From a virus (Duplodnaviria; Caudoviricetes), in the IMG/VR virus record IMGVR_UViG_3300037511_000418, positions 1 to 26,549 of that record: 26,549 nt of DNA; one strand, written 5' to 3'. How positions within the stretch are numbered: position 1 is the stretch's first letter; each line of letters opens with the position of its first letter. The notes below the pieces were generated by a model, which searched no databases, was not told the origin of the DNA, and was given only the letters and a program-made list of their open reading frames with translations. This document shows positions 16,670-25,228 of the stretch, in pieces. The position numbers and the translations under genes are program-made.

Positions 16670-18732
16670 AGGGCGAAAAAGAGATTCTCGCCGCGCGGAC
16701 GGCCAACACCAAGACGTTCGATCTGGGGGGCAGTCGGCGCCGGCTCGAATGGTACGGACGGCCGATTCACGCCCCGGCGGATTGCCAGAGATGGGCGCGC
16801 GGTGAGCCGTGCGACTGGGACGACATCGACACAGGTGTGGTCCAAAAAGCAGGGCGGCTCGCGGTCAACAAGGCGTGGTATGGCTGCGAACTCCTCCCGG
16901 ATGCCGTCGGGTATCTCTACACGTCCATCAAGACCGGCGGGACCGTAGAGGTTCGACTGCTGGAGCTGGATGGCAAGCCGGTCACGGCTCCCGCTCCACA
17001 AGCAGAGCCGGGCAAAGTGTGGTGGCGAAGCGTCGCGACCGACCTCGACATCTACCTGGAAATCCGTCCCGGCAACATAGAGCTCTTCAAGAGGTTGTTG
17101 AGCGACAAGGCCCCACGATCACTGCTCTGGCAGGTGACAGAGCGTGATGATCGGAGTATCCCACTCAAGCACCAGACCGCTGGCCATGACAATTGCGACC
17201 TGACCGACCCGGCGCGCGATGGGACGGGCGTCGGGCGCGTCAGGCGTCGCATCGAGATGGCGACCGCCGTCGTGGGGCCGGAGAGCCGCGGGCAGGGCAC
17301 GATTACATACACGGTACTCGAGCGCTGGACCGGCAAGACGGTAGCGCTCGATGCCGATCGTGTTCCGTCGCTGTCGGCCGAGGTGAGCTATCCGGTCCTG
17401 ATCGACGTCACGGTGAACGAGACGATCACGGCGGACGCGGATGACGGGTTCCAGAAGAACGACCTCGTCTGGAACACCTCCTACGGGGGCACCGGCGATT
17501 CCATCATCTATGATCCCGCGAACGCCGAGCACATGTTCCCCGGCTGGCGTTTCCAGACGGTCGCGGTGCCTCAGGGCGCAACGATCAACAGCGCCACCCT
17601 CACTCTGAACATAACGAAGATAGGCGGGGGCACCGGTTCGGCGGCGACCGTATTCGGCTCGGCCGTGGATGACGCGCCGGCATGGGCGAACAATGCCGGC
17701 CCTCGCGAGATGACGAAGACGACCGCGAGTGCGTCGTTCGGAGCATGGGGTGGTAGCGCAAGCCTCGGCTCCAAGACCATCACGGTTACCAGCATCGTCC
17801 AGGAGCTGGTGAACCGGGCCGGCTGGGTCAGCAACAACGACATGGCATTTGCCGCTTTCTTCACGGAAGCGGACAACGTCGCCTATTCGTATTTCGACGA
17901 CCTGGCTGGCGGCTCGTCGAACGTCGCCGCACTGTCGATCGACTACACCGCCGCGGGCGGCGGCCCCATCACCAAGGTGATGTCCGACGCTCTCACGCTC
18001 TCGGATGCACGTGTGAGTGGCGCAACACGACCGCGCGTGCAGACAGACTCGATTGTTGTCACGGACGGAGGTGTTCAATGGCGTCGCTTGAAGCGCGTCA
18101 TGGACGAACCGACTGTCGTCATCGATTCGATTGTCAAGAACCTCGTCCTGGGCGGGTCGACGCTCTACACGAAGGTGATGAGCGATAGCCTTGCGGCGAC
18201 GGATTCACTGGTTCAGTGGCTGCGGCGCGTGCGAAACGCCATAGACACAACCATCCTGAGCGATGGTGACACGTACCGTACTTCGATCGTGACCGCGGAC
18301 GAGGGAGTAGACCTCACCGATAGCGCGATCGATATTCTTCGCCTGAAGCGAATTGCCGAAGATAGCCTCAACATCATCGACGGCTTCTCCAAGGCTCTCG
18401 CAGGCGCGGGCATCGTCTACGCCAAGGTGATGTCGGACACCGTGACGCTGATCGACGATGCGGGCCAGCGCTGGCGCCTGCGATTCGCCCAGTTGACGGA
18501 TGCAGTCGGGCTGAGTGATCAGGTACTCGACTACCTGCGCGCGGTGCGTTCCCTTGGAGACGTGGTGGAGCTTTCGGACGGCACCGTGAAGGTGCGCCGG
18601 ACCATCAAATCGATGGACGAATCCATCGAGGTCACGGACAACAAGATCTCTACGCTCTACCTTGATCAAATATCGAATACCTCATTCACTTTCGGATCGA
18701 GCGGGCCGCCATTCCGCTTTGGAGGAATGTAA
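16666..18732 (+). CDS. Large putative virion protein: WapA/Rhs-N-like domain, DNRLRE-like beta-sandwich, ~11 C-terminal Asp-patterned repeats
   Basis: RTANTKTF...YGRPIH...WDDID, YPVLIDVT, WRFQTVAVPQGATINSATLTL; repeats such as KVMSDALTLSD, KVMSDSLAATD, KVMSDTVTLID. Confidence 0.7.
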   Translation: MKGEKEILAARTANTKTFDLGGSRRRLEWYGRPIHAPADCQRWARGEPCDWDDIDTGVVQKAGRLAVNKAWYGCELLPDAVGYLYTSIKTGGTVEVRLLELDGKPVTAPAPQAEPGKVWWRSVATDLDIYLEIRPGNIELFKRLLSDKAPRSLLWQVTERDDRSIPLKHQTAGHDNCDLTDPARDGTGVGRVRRRIEMATAVVGPESRGQGTITYTVLERWTGKTVALDADRVPSLSAEVSYPVLIDVTVNETITADADDGFQKNDLVWNTSYGGTGDSIIYDPANAEHMFPGWRFQTVAVPQGATINSATLTLNITKIGGGTGSAATVFGSAVDDAPAWANNAGPREMTKTTASASFGAWGGSASLGSKTITVTSIVQELVNRAGWVSNNDMAFAAFFTEADNVAYSYFDDLAGGSSNVAALSIDYTAAGGGPITKVMSDALTLSDARVSGATRPRVQTDSIVVTDGGVQWRRLKRVMDEPTVVIDSIVKNLVLGGSTLYTKVMSDSLAATDSLVQWLRRVRNAIDTTILSDGDTYRTSIVTADEGVDLTDSAIDILRLKRIAEDSLNIIDGFSKALAGAGIVYAKVMSDTVTLIDDAGQRWRLRFAQLTDAVGLSDQVLDYLRAVRSLGDVVELSDGTVKVRRTIKSMDESIEVTDNKISTLYLDQISNTSFTFGSSGPPFRFGGM
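17965..18650 (+). repeat. Coding tandem repeat of ~20-27 aa, core D/E-x-[LIV]-x-[LIV]-[ST]-D, about 11 copies
   Basis: SDALTLSD, TDSIVVTD, DEPTVVID, SDSLAATD, IDTTILSD, DEGVDLTD, EDSLNIID, SDTVTLID, TDAVGLSD, GDVVELSD, DESIEVTD. Confidence 0.8.
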
Positions 18733-19014
18733 GTGCGAATCAACGTACTTGAACGGATTGCCGGCACGACGTTCATGCAGACCGTGGTGAATACCGGCGG
18801 CACGATCTCGCCGTTGTCCTTCCAGCTCATTTCAGGCTCTGAGACGCTGGTGAGCTCTGTTGCTGGTGTGGCTTCCGGAAACGGCGCGTACTACGGTTTG
18901 CACACACTCCCCGGCTCCGAAGCGTGGTACGTTGGTCAGATGATCGGCGTCATCAACACGAACACTTACGTTGCTCGGCAGCTCGTGCGGGCACGCGCGC
19001 TCGAGGTGGACTGA
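18733..19014 (+). CDS. Hypothetical small beta-rich (likely virion) protein
   Basis: GGAGG 18721-18725, GTG start, stop overlaps next ATG. Confidence 0.7.
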   Translation: MRINVLERIAGTTFMQTVVNTGGTISPLSFQLISGSETLVSSVAGVASGNGAYYGLHTLPGSEAWYVGQMIGVINTNTYVARQLVRARALEVD

Positions 19015-19454
19015 TGGGCCGCTACATCAAGTGGGATGACGTCGCCAACAGCTACCCAGACTGGGCGAAGGCTGCAAGCGCCAACAGCGTTGGCAACCTG
19101 TGGATTCCGCGCGCGGAGGATGAGGTGGACGCACGGCTGGCGCCGAAGTACACCGTGCCCTTCACGCCGGTCCCGGGTGTCGTGCGCGACCTCGCCATCG
19201 ACCTTGCGTACTACAAGCTCGTGTTCGCGAGCGATAAAGGTAAGGCCCTGTGGGATAGCCTCAAGGAGCGGTTCGAGTCCATCCTCGATGGCTCCATGCT
19301 CCTGACCACGAGCGCGGGAGCCTTGGGTACGGGCGATCGCGCGTGGTCCACTCATCAGAGCTACCCAACGCAGTTCGGCGTAGATAGTGACGTGAACTGG
19401 CAGGCGTCCTCCGCCTGGGCCCTCGATCAGCAGGAGGCACGCGGCCAGATTTGA
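19014..19454 (+). CDS. Head-tail connector (Mu gp36/DUF1320-like)
   Basis: MGRYI start, AEDEVDARLAPKYTVPFTPVPGVVRDLAIDLAYYKL motif; GAGG upstream, TGATG coupling. Confidence 0.85.
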   Translation: MGRYIKWDDVANSYPDWAKAASANSVGNLWIPRAEDEVDARLAPKYTVPFTPVPGVVRDLAIDLAYYKLVFASDKGKALWDSLKERFESILDGSMLLTTSAGALGTGDRAWSTHQSYPTQFGVDSDVNWQASSAWALDQQEARGQI

Positions 19455-19888
19455 TTCGCGTCGAGATCAATGCGAGCGCTGCCATCCGCAGGTTCGAAAT
19501 GCTGGTCAGCGAATCCCGCGACCGTCGAGTCCCGAATCGGCAACTTGCTACCCAGCTGACCGGGTGGACGCTGCGCAACTTTCAGTCCGGCGGATCGCTT
19601 CAGACGCCAGCATGGGCGCCGCTCAAAGCCTCAACCGCCAAACGCAAGGCGAAACTCGGCTACTCGGCCACGCCGCTCATTCGAACCGGACACTACCGGC
19701 AGTCGTTCCGCCCGTTCTATGACAACGACCGGGCCGGCACGGGCTCGGAAGTGCCGTACTCGAAGTACCATGAGACCGGAACCAAAAACCTCCCACAGCG
19801 AGCGGCGTTGCCTTCTGAGCAGGTTGCGCTGAGCTATGCCGTGCAGGTCTACGAGCGCTGGGCAGCAGGTCTTGCGAGAACCGCATGA
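19451..19888 (+). CDS. Virion morphogenesis protein (Mu gpG-like)
   Basis: NFQSGG...WAPLKAST, PLIRTG, GSEVPYSKYHETGTKNLPQR motifs. Confidence 0.85.
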   Translation: MIRVEINASAAIRRFEMLVSESRDRRVPNRQLATQLTGWTLRNFQSGGSLQTPAWAPLKASTAKRKAKLGYSATPLIRTGHYRQSFRPFYDNDRAGTGSEVPYSKYHETGTKNLPQRAALPSEQVALSYAVQVYERWAAGLARTA

Positions 19889-20343
19889 GCATCACGACAC
19901 AGGACATCGCGGCGGTCGCGTTTGCCGTGGACTCTCTGGTCAAAGATTCTCAGGCCGTTCAGGATATTGACCCGAATATCGAGGTTGCCGAACAGATCAA
20001 TGAAGATCCGACGAGATGCCCTTGGGTCGGGATCTATCCTGCCCGCTGTGGCTTTCCGCCGCGAGGCGCGGGCTTCGGCGCCGGTTTCCGCTATCAGAAT
20101 CCGGAAGTCTTCGTGGTCTGCCAGCAGCAGCACGCGAACGATGGTCGAGTCTGCCTTGAATTGCTCGGTGAGTTGGTGAAGGCCGTGACCGGAGCCATCC
20201 TCTCGGACGCAAGCCTCAGAGGCACAGTGCAGATGACGACGGATTTCGACGTCGAGTTCAGCGGGTACCAGAAGGTGAACGACGCAATCATGCAGACCGC
20301 CACCATCCGCGTGGTTGGGCAAACGACCGTTTCAGGAGGCTGA
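19885..20343 (+). CDS. Putative tail terminator protein
   Basis: 152 aa immediately before tail tube; PWVGIY and ILSDASLRGTV patterns. Confidence 0.65.
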   Translation: MSITTQDIAAVAFAVDSLVKDSQAVQDIDPNIEVAEQINEDPTRCPWVGIYPARCGFPPRGAGFGAGFRYQNPEVFVVCQQQHANDGRVCLELLGELVKAVTGAILSDASLRGTVQMTTDFDVEFSGYQKVNDAIMQTATIRVVGQTTVSGG

Positions 20344-20352
20344 CCGCAGTAG

Positions 20353-21357
20353 ATGAGCTATGGCGCACAGGCGAAGGTCGGCTTTGCCCGACAGACGAAT
20401 CCAGGGTCCTACGTCATCGCGACTTCGGCACCCACGTCCTATCACGCGATGGGGTTCGTCTCGCATGACATCGGACTTGAGAAGGAAGAGGTTATATCGC
20501 AGAACCTCATCGGCCGATTCGAGCAGGGGGCCACATACTCGGGTGCCAGCAAGGTCAACGGCACGATCGAGTTCGAAGCTACGCCTCGCAATCTGCTCAC
20601 CGCGCTGGGCCTGGCGGTGTCGCATGTACCGGCCACGGTGAACTCGGGTTCCATTCGCAGCTGGACGTTTCTGCCGAACACCGTCGACTACGACTCCTCG
20701 TACATCAAAGCTCCGTGGTCGATGTACTCGCAGTTCTCGGACTCAAACTCCGCCGACCTGTTCTACGACATGCAGTTCGGCCAGCTCGACTTCGTCATCT
20801 CGCAGGGGCAGTTCACGCGCGGTCGATTGCAGTGCGTGGGCGGCAATCGTGTTGCGACAGGCGTAGGTTCGGCGAACATCGTGCCGGACGCGTCGGATGC
20901 GGGGCGCCTCTTCCCCTGGAACGTCGCGTCGATCTCCTACTCGGGCGCGGCTCTTCAGACGATGAGCGATGTCACGGTTTCTCTGAACGAGAACATCGAC
21001 GCGCTATATACGATCAACGCAAGTCTCGCGCCGTTCAAATACACGCGCACCGGCTTTCGTGAGGTGACGGTGAACGGCACCTTCTACATGACCGACCGCT
21101 CCATCCTGAACAACTTCACCGGAGAAGTTCAGGCGCGGCTTCTCATCACGCTCGTGTCGACGATCGCGGCGGTTCAGTCTGGTTACTACAACACGCTGAC
21201 CATCGACGTCCCGCAGCTGAAGATCACGCAGTTCAAGCCGGCCGTGTCCGGACCCGGCGAAGTGTCTGTGCCATTCACTGGCCGCGGCGTCATCGACCCG
21301 AGCAGCAGCTATGCATTGCAGCTCACCCTCATCAACACTCGGCAGATTGATCTCTAG
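20353..21357 (+). CDS. Tail tube (major tail) protein, non-contractile type
   Basis: 334 aa S/T-rich; VNGTIEFE, GFREVTVNGTFY, LTIDVPQLK...GPGEVSVPFT; precedes chaperones and tape measure; no sheath gene. Confidence 0.82.
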   Translation: MSYGAQAKVGFARQTNPGSYVIATSAPTSYHAMGFVSHDIGLEKEEVISQNLIGRFEQGATYSGASKVNGTIEFEATPRNLLTALGLAVSHVPATVNSGSIRSWTFLPNTVDYDSSYIKAPWSMYSQFSDSNSADLFYDMQFGQLDFVISQGQFTRGRLQCVGGNRVATGVGSANIVPDASDAGRLFPWNVASISYSGAALQTMSDVTVSLNENIDALYTINASLAPFKYTRTGFREVTVNGTFYMTDRSILNNFTGEVQARLLITLVSTIAAVQSGYYNTLTIDVPQLKITQFKPAVSGPGEVSVPFTGRGVIDPSSSYALQLTLINTRQIDL

Positions 21358-21365
21358 GAGGATCA

Positions 21366-21716
21366 GTGAGTCAGTATGTCCGGAGCATCGTCGTAAAGCG
21401 CGACTTCGAGAACGACAAGGTAGTGATGGCGCTGAAGCCAGTGGGCTTCGGCGATGCCCTGAAGTTCAAGAACATCGATGTCGACAAGCTCAATGAGGAC
21501 GATATCCCGGCGATCTTCGGTGACCTGAAGAAGTACGTGACCAGTCTCACTGGCCTGCGATCCGAGTCGGGCGAAGAGGTGACGGTCGACGAGCTTTTTT
21601 CGGTGTTCTACTTTTCGACGCTGCTCATCGACATGCTGACGGAATGGGTGGGGAAGGGCTCTCCGAAAAACCCTTCGTCGCCCGGCGCGTCGCAGGGCGA
21701 ATCGCAGCCGGGGTAA
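21366..21716 (+). CDS. Tail assembly chaperone (lambda G-like)
   Basis: Between tail tube and tape measure; AGGAGG RBS; slippery run near 3' end. Confidence 0.75.
   Translation: MSQYVRSIVVKRDFENDKVVMALKPVGFGDALKFKNIDVDKLNEDDIPAIFGDLKKYVTSLTGLRSESGEEVTVDELFSVFYFSTLLIDMLTEWVGKGSPKNPSSPGASQGESQPG
21665..21700 (+). promoter_or_regulatory. Probable -1 programmed ribosomal frameshift site
   Basis: G AAA AAC CCT at 21665-21674 followed by hairpin TCGCCC(21678-83)/GGGCGA(21695-700); -1 frame open to 21916. Confidence 0.65.
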
Positions 21717-21916
21717 CCGTTTTCGATGCGGACCCGCTCGAAGGCGGGTTGACGATCCGGCAGTGGATAGACTTGTGGCTTTACACACATGATCAAGGTC
21801 GACGCACTGAATGGCCGGACGGCGGGTGCCTGCTCGAGCAGCCCGCGATCGCAGTCGCCATGCTAGACCTCATCGGCGAAGCCCTACGGGAGGCGGCAGA
21901 GCAGGCTGGCAAATAA
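21671..21916 (+). CDS. Tail assembly chaperone T-like extension (-1 frame part of G-T fusion)
   Basis: -1 frame relative to 21366 ORF; WPDGGCLLEQP motif; ends overlapping tape measure start. Confidence 0.65.
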   Translation, partial: PFVARRVAGRIAAGVTVFDADPLEGGLTIRQWIDLWLYTHDQGRRTEWPDGGCLLEQPAIAVAMLDLIGEALREAAEQAGK

Positions 21917-23654
21917 CGTAGTCGAGCTCGTCGTCCGTCTTCAGGACAAGCTCAGCGCGCCGCTGAATCAGATCAACGGCAAGCTCGGTGCATTCGGCCA
22001 GAGCATCGGCACTCTGGCAGGCGCAGCAGGTCTTGCGGGAATTGCCGCGGCCCTCGGTGGCTTTGCCAAGAAGAGCCTGGAGTCAGCCGATGCAATCGGC
22101 GATGCCGCGGACCGCGCCGGTGTCGCGGTCGAGACGCTGTCTCGCCTTAAATTCGCAGCCGAACAGAACGACGTAGAGTTTGGCGCGCTTACCATCGCGA
22201 TCAAGCGATGGCAGGTCACGCTGTCGCAAGCCGCCAGTGGAAGCAAGGATGCGGCAGGCGCTCTCAAGCTGATCGGGCTCAACGCGGCAGAGTTGAAGGG
22301 TCTCGGACTCGAAGAGCAACTCTCGGCGATAGCGGACCAGTTTCAGCGCATCCGTGATCCCGCCGATCAGACACGCGTGGCTGTGGAGCTATTCGGTCGT
22401 GCCGGTGAGCAGCTCGTTCCCTTGCTCAACAAGGGTGGTGGCGCGATCGATGAATTGATCGCAAAAGCGGATGAGCTTGGTATCACGCTGGATCAGCGCA
22501 CGGCCACGTCAGCGGATCTTGCGGACAAGGCGCTCAAACGGCTGTTCGCGACAATCGAGGCCGGAGCATCGCGTTCGGCCGGACGTCTTGCGCTCGCCTT
22601 CGTTGGCGCAAGCGATGAGCTCGACTCGATCCGTCTGAAGATCGAGGAACTGAAGCGCCAGCGCGACGAACTTCAGAACGGCGGGTTCCTGACCAATCTG
22701 CTGGTACCCGACGGCCCGCGGCAGCGGGCGATCGAGAACTTCAATCGGCAGATTGACGAGCAGCAGCGAAAACTGAATGCGTTTCAGCGGGCCCAGGCGG
22801 GAGACAAGAAGCCGGATCTCGTTATTCCCGCGGTCGAAACACCCATCGCGGAAGCGACGATCAAGCAGCGCAAGGTTGAGCTGGAGGGACTGGACAAGCT
22901 GTTCGACGAGTTCAATAAGAACACGAAGGTGCAGGAGGACGTCGCGCTCGATAACTATCGCAAGGCGATTCAGGAGATCGAGCAACTGACCGCGGCAGGC
23001 GTGATCGACTTCGAAGAGGCCGGACGGAGAATCCAGGCGACGTCAGCAAAATTCGACGAAGCGGTGCTCATCGATCCGGTGAAGATTACCCAGACCAAGG
23101 TAGTCGTGCAGCAGGTGCTCACCGACCAACAGCGCGCCGTAGACAAGTTCGTCGACACCCTGTCTGTCGGACTCGACAACCTCGCTCACTCCGGTGAGCT
23201 GACAGGCCGTTCGATTCTCAAGTACCTGCTGTCCGCATTCGAGGCGCAGGTGCTGAAGGATGCCATCTCTGGACTTGGGGTCTACCTCAAGAAGGCGCTC
23301 GGTGGTACGGGCGGCGCAAGCAGTTCCGGATTCGGCGCCTTTCTCTCGGGCATCTTCGGCGCATTTGGCCACGCAGCCGGCGGTGGCCGAATGTCTGGTC
23401 CGCGCATCGTGGGCGAAGACGGCCCAGAGCTCGACATGGGCGGCGGCAACATCCTGAACCGCCGGCAACTGGCGTTCGCTGGAAGCGGTGGTGGCGACGT
23501 CAGCATTGGTCCCACAACGATCATCGTGCAGGGCGCGTCAGATCCGGCAGCGACAGCGCAGTACGTCGAAGCTCGCATTCAGTCGAACAACCGCAAGCAG
23601 CTCGAGCAGATAAATCGGCTGATGAGAGATAACTACGGGAGATCGCTGCGCTAG
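21906..23654 (+). CDS. Tape measure protein (582 aa from probable CTG start; track start 22293 is truncated)
   Basis: Frame open from TAG at 21864; CTG GCA AAT AAC gives M-ANNVVELVVRLQDKLSAPL; TMP motifs ETLSRLKFAAEQ, AVELFGRAG, C-terminal AAGG...IVGEDGPEL; GGAGG 21889-21893. Confidence 0.88.
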   Translation: MANNVVELVVRLQDKLSAPLNQINGKLGAFGQSIGTLAGAAGLAGIAAALGGFAKKSLESADAIGDAADRAGVAVETLSRLKFAAEQNDVEFGALTIAIKRWQVTLSQAASGSKDAAGALKLIGLNAAELKGLGLEEQLSAIADQFQRIRDPADQTRVAVELFGRAGEQLVPLLNKGGGAIDELIAKADELGITLDQRTATSADLADKALKRLFATIEAGASRSAGRLALAFVGASDELDSIRLKIEELKRQRDELQNGGFLTNLLVPDGPRQRAIENFNRQIDEQQRKLNAFQRAQAGDKKPDLVIPAVETPIAEATIKQRKVELEGLDKLFDEFNKNTKVQEDVALDNYRKAIQEIEQLTAAGVIDFEEAGRRIQATSAKFDEAVLIDPVKITQTKVVVQQVLTDQQRAVDKFVDTLSVGLDNLAHSGELTGRSILKYLLSAFEAQVLKDAISGLGVYLKKALGGTGGASSSGFGAFLSGIFGAFGHAAGGGRMSGPRIVGEDGPELDMGGGNILNRRQLAFAGSGGGDVSIGPTTIIVQGASDPAATAQYVEARIQSNNRKQLEQINRLMRDNYGRSLR

Positions 23655-25228
23655 TGGCTTCTGAAGTCATGATCCCGCCTTGGGTGCGTCCCGAGTCGCC
23701 CGAGACCATCCGAATGATTGACGATGCGACGGTCGCGTTCCAGCCGTCGTTCGGGCGCGGACAGACTCAGCGTGGCATCTTCGCGGACCCGCGGTGGGGC
23801 TTGCGTCGCCGGTATCGTGGCCTGAGGTCAGATGAGAAGGCAGCGATTTTAAACGCGCTGAACGAGTCTCGCGGGCAGTTCAATACGATACGGGTTACGC
23901 CGCACACGCCGATTCGAGGAAGCTTTGCGACGAGTGAGTTGCTGACGAATAACACGTTCGCCAGCGGCACCACCGGATGGGCGGCGGGCTCCGAGTATTC
24001 GATCAGCGTGTCCGATCGGGTCCTGGCCGGCGTGCGCTCAGCGATGACCGCTGCATCGACCATCGCCTCACAAACAGTGGGAATCACCCAGTACGCGCCT
24101 TACGTTGGGCGGGTCATGGTCAATTCCGGACGGGGGACCTATTCGTCTGTCGGGTTACTTCTCAGTGGCTCATTCTCGTTCAGCGCTTCCACTACCCCCG
24201 GCCTGATCAGTGCGCTCATGGTCGGCGACTCGGGAGCATCCGCATCTTTCGCGATCAGGGACGCAGCGACCTCGGGCCTGCAAGCGGGCGATTATGTTCG
24301 TGTTCCGTACACGTCGTTCGCGCGATGCGCACTGGTGGACAATGGCTCGAACCTGCTGGTGCGCTCGGACGAGTTCGACAATGCCTCGTGGACCAAGACG
24401 AATCTCACTGTCACGGCCAATGGTGCGGTCGCACCAGATGGGACGTCCACTGCTGACCTTTTAGTCGAGAACAGTTCGAGCGGTTCTCATGCCGTTTCGC
24501 AGGCGGCCACCGTCAGTAGTAGCGCCGGAGACTACGCTTTTGTGGTCGCCGTGAAGGCGAACGTCCGAAGCTTCTGCGTTCTGTCGATGCAGGAAAACTC
24601 CGGCAGCACGACAGTGGATCAGTATTTCAATCTGGGCACTGGCGCTGTTGGAAGCACCGGCGCGACGGGGGCGAATTGGGCGAACAGACGTGCCTTCATA
24701 GTGAGCCTTGGGAGTGGCTGGTACCTGTGCTGTCTCGTGGCAAGAAAGACAAACTCAGCAACGCAGATTGCACCAGTTCTTCTGGCGGCAACGGCCGACG
24801 GCACGTCTAGCTATCTTGGCGGCGGCAACACGGCGCTCTTCGCATGGCGCGCGACCCTTGCGCAGTCCGCCGTGCCCGTGCGCCCTTCCCAGACAGTTAG
24901 CGCATCGACGACCGGTACCGCGCAGACCGGCGCGGCTCTCTACACCAAAGGGTGGCCGGTGAGCACGAGCGGCCTGCTTCTGACGGGCGATTGGTTCGAG
25001 ATCAATGGTGAATTGAAGCAGCTCACCGCGCCGGTCAATTCCGATGCAGCGGGACTTGCCTACATGCAATTCCGTCCTGGACTTGCGGGCTCGCCGGCAG
25101 ACAACGACCCGGTTGTCGTCTTCGAACCGTTCGGGCGATTCATCTACCCGCAGGGCACGCGCGAACTCGAAAACCTGTTCGGCATATACGGCGACTGTGA
25201 GATGAACCTCGAGGAGATCTACTCGTGA
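23654..25228 (+). CDS. Distal tail (Dit-like) protein with two inserted carbohydrate-binding-like modules
   Basis: Follows TMP; C-terminal LLTGDWFEINGELKQL...FRPGL..SPADNDPV; inserts begin ELLTNNTFASGTTGW and NLLVRSDEFDNASW. Confidence 0.65.
   Translation: MASEVMIPPWVRPESPETIRMIDDATVAFQPSFGRGQTQRGIFADPRWGLRRRYRGLRSDEKAAILNALNESRGQFNTIRVTPHTPIRGSFATSELLTNNTFASGTTGWAAGSEYSISVSDRVLAGVRSAMTAASTIASQTVGITQYAPYVGRVMVNSGRGTYSSVGLLLSGSFSFSASTTPGLISALMVGDSGASASFAIRDAATSGLQAGDYVRVPYTSFARCALVDNGSNLLVRSDEFDNASWTKTNLTVTANGAVAPDGTSTADLLVENSSSGSHAVSQAATVSSSAGDYAFVVAVKANVRSFCVLSMQENSGSTTVDQYFNLGTGAVGSTGATGANWANRRAFIVSLGSGWYLCCLVARKTNSATQIAPVLLAATADGTSSYLGGGNTALFAWRATLAQSAVPVRPSQTVSASTTGTAQTGAALYTKGWPVSTSGLLLTGDWFEINGELKQLTAPVNSDAAGLAYMQFRPGLAGSPADNDPVVVFEPFGRFIYPQGTRELENLFGIYGDCEMNLEEIYS

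Noticed and set aside
17965-18650. Repeats as CRISPR array or DGR template/variable repeats
   Set aside because: Similarity is at protein level with degenerate DNA; no spacers, cas or reverse transcriptase genes
18730-18735. In-frame TAA-GTG junction suggesting read-through fusion
   Set aside because: Downstream gene has its own well-spaced GGAGG and TAA is rarely read through
2402-23654. TAG stop-codon reassignment
   Set aside because: Long genes are intact under the standard code and TAGs fall at sensible gene ends overlapping next starts
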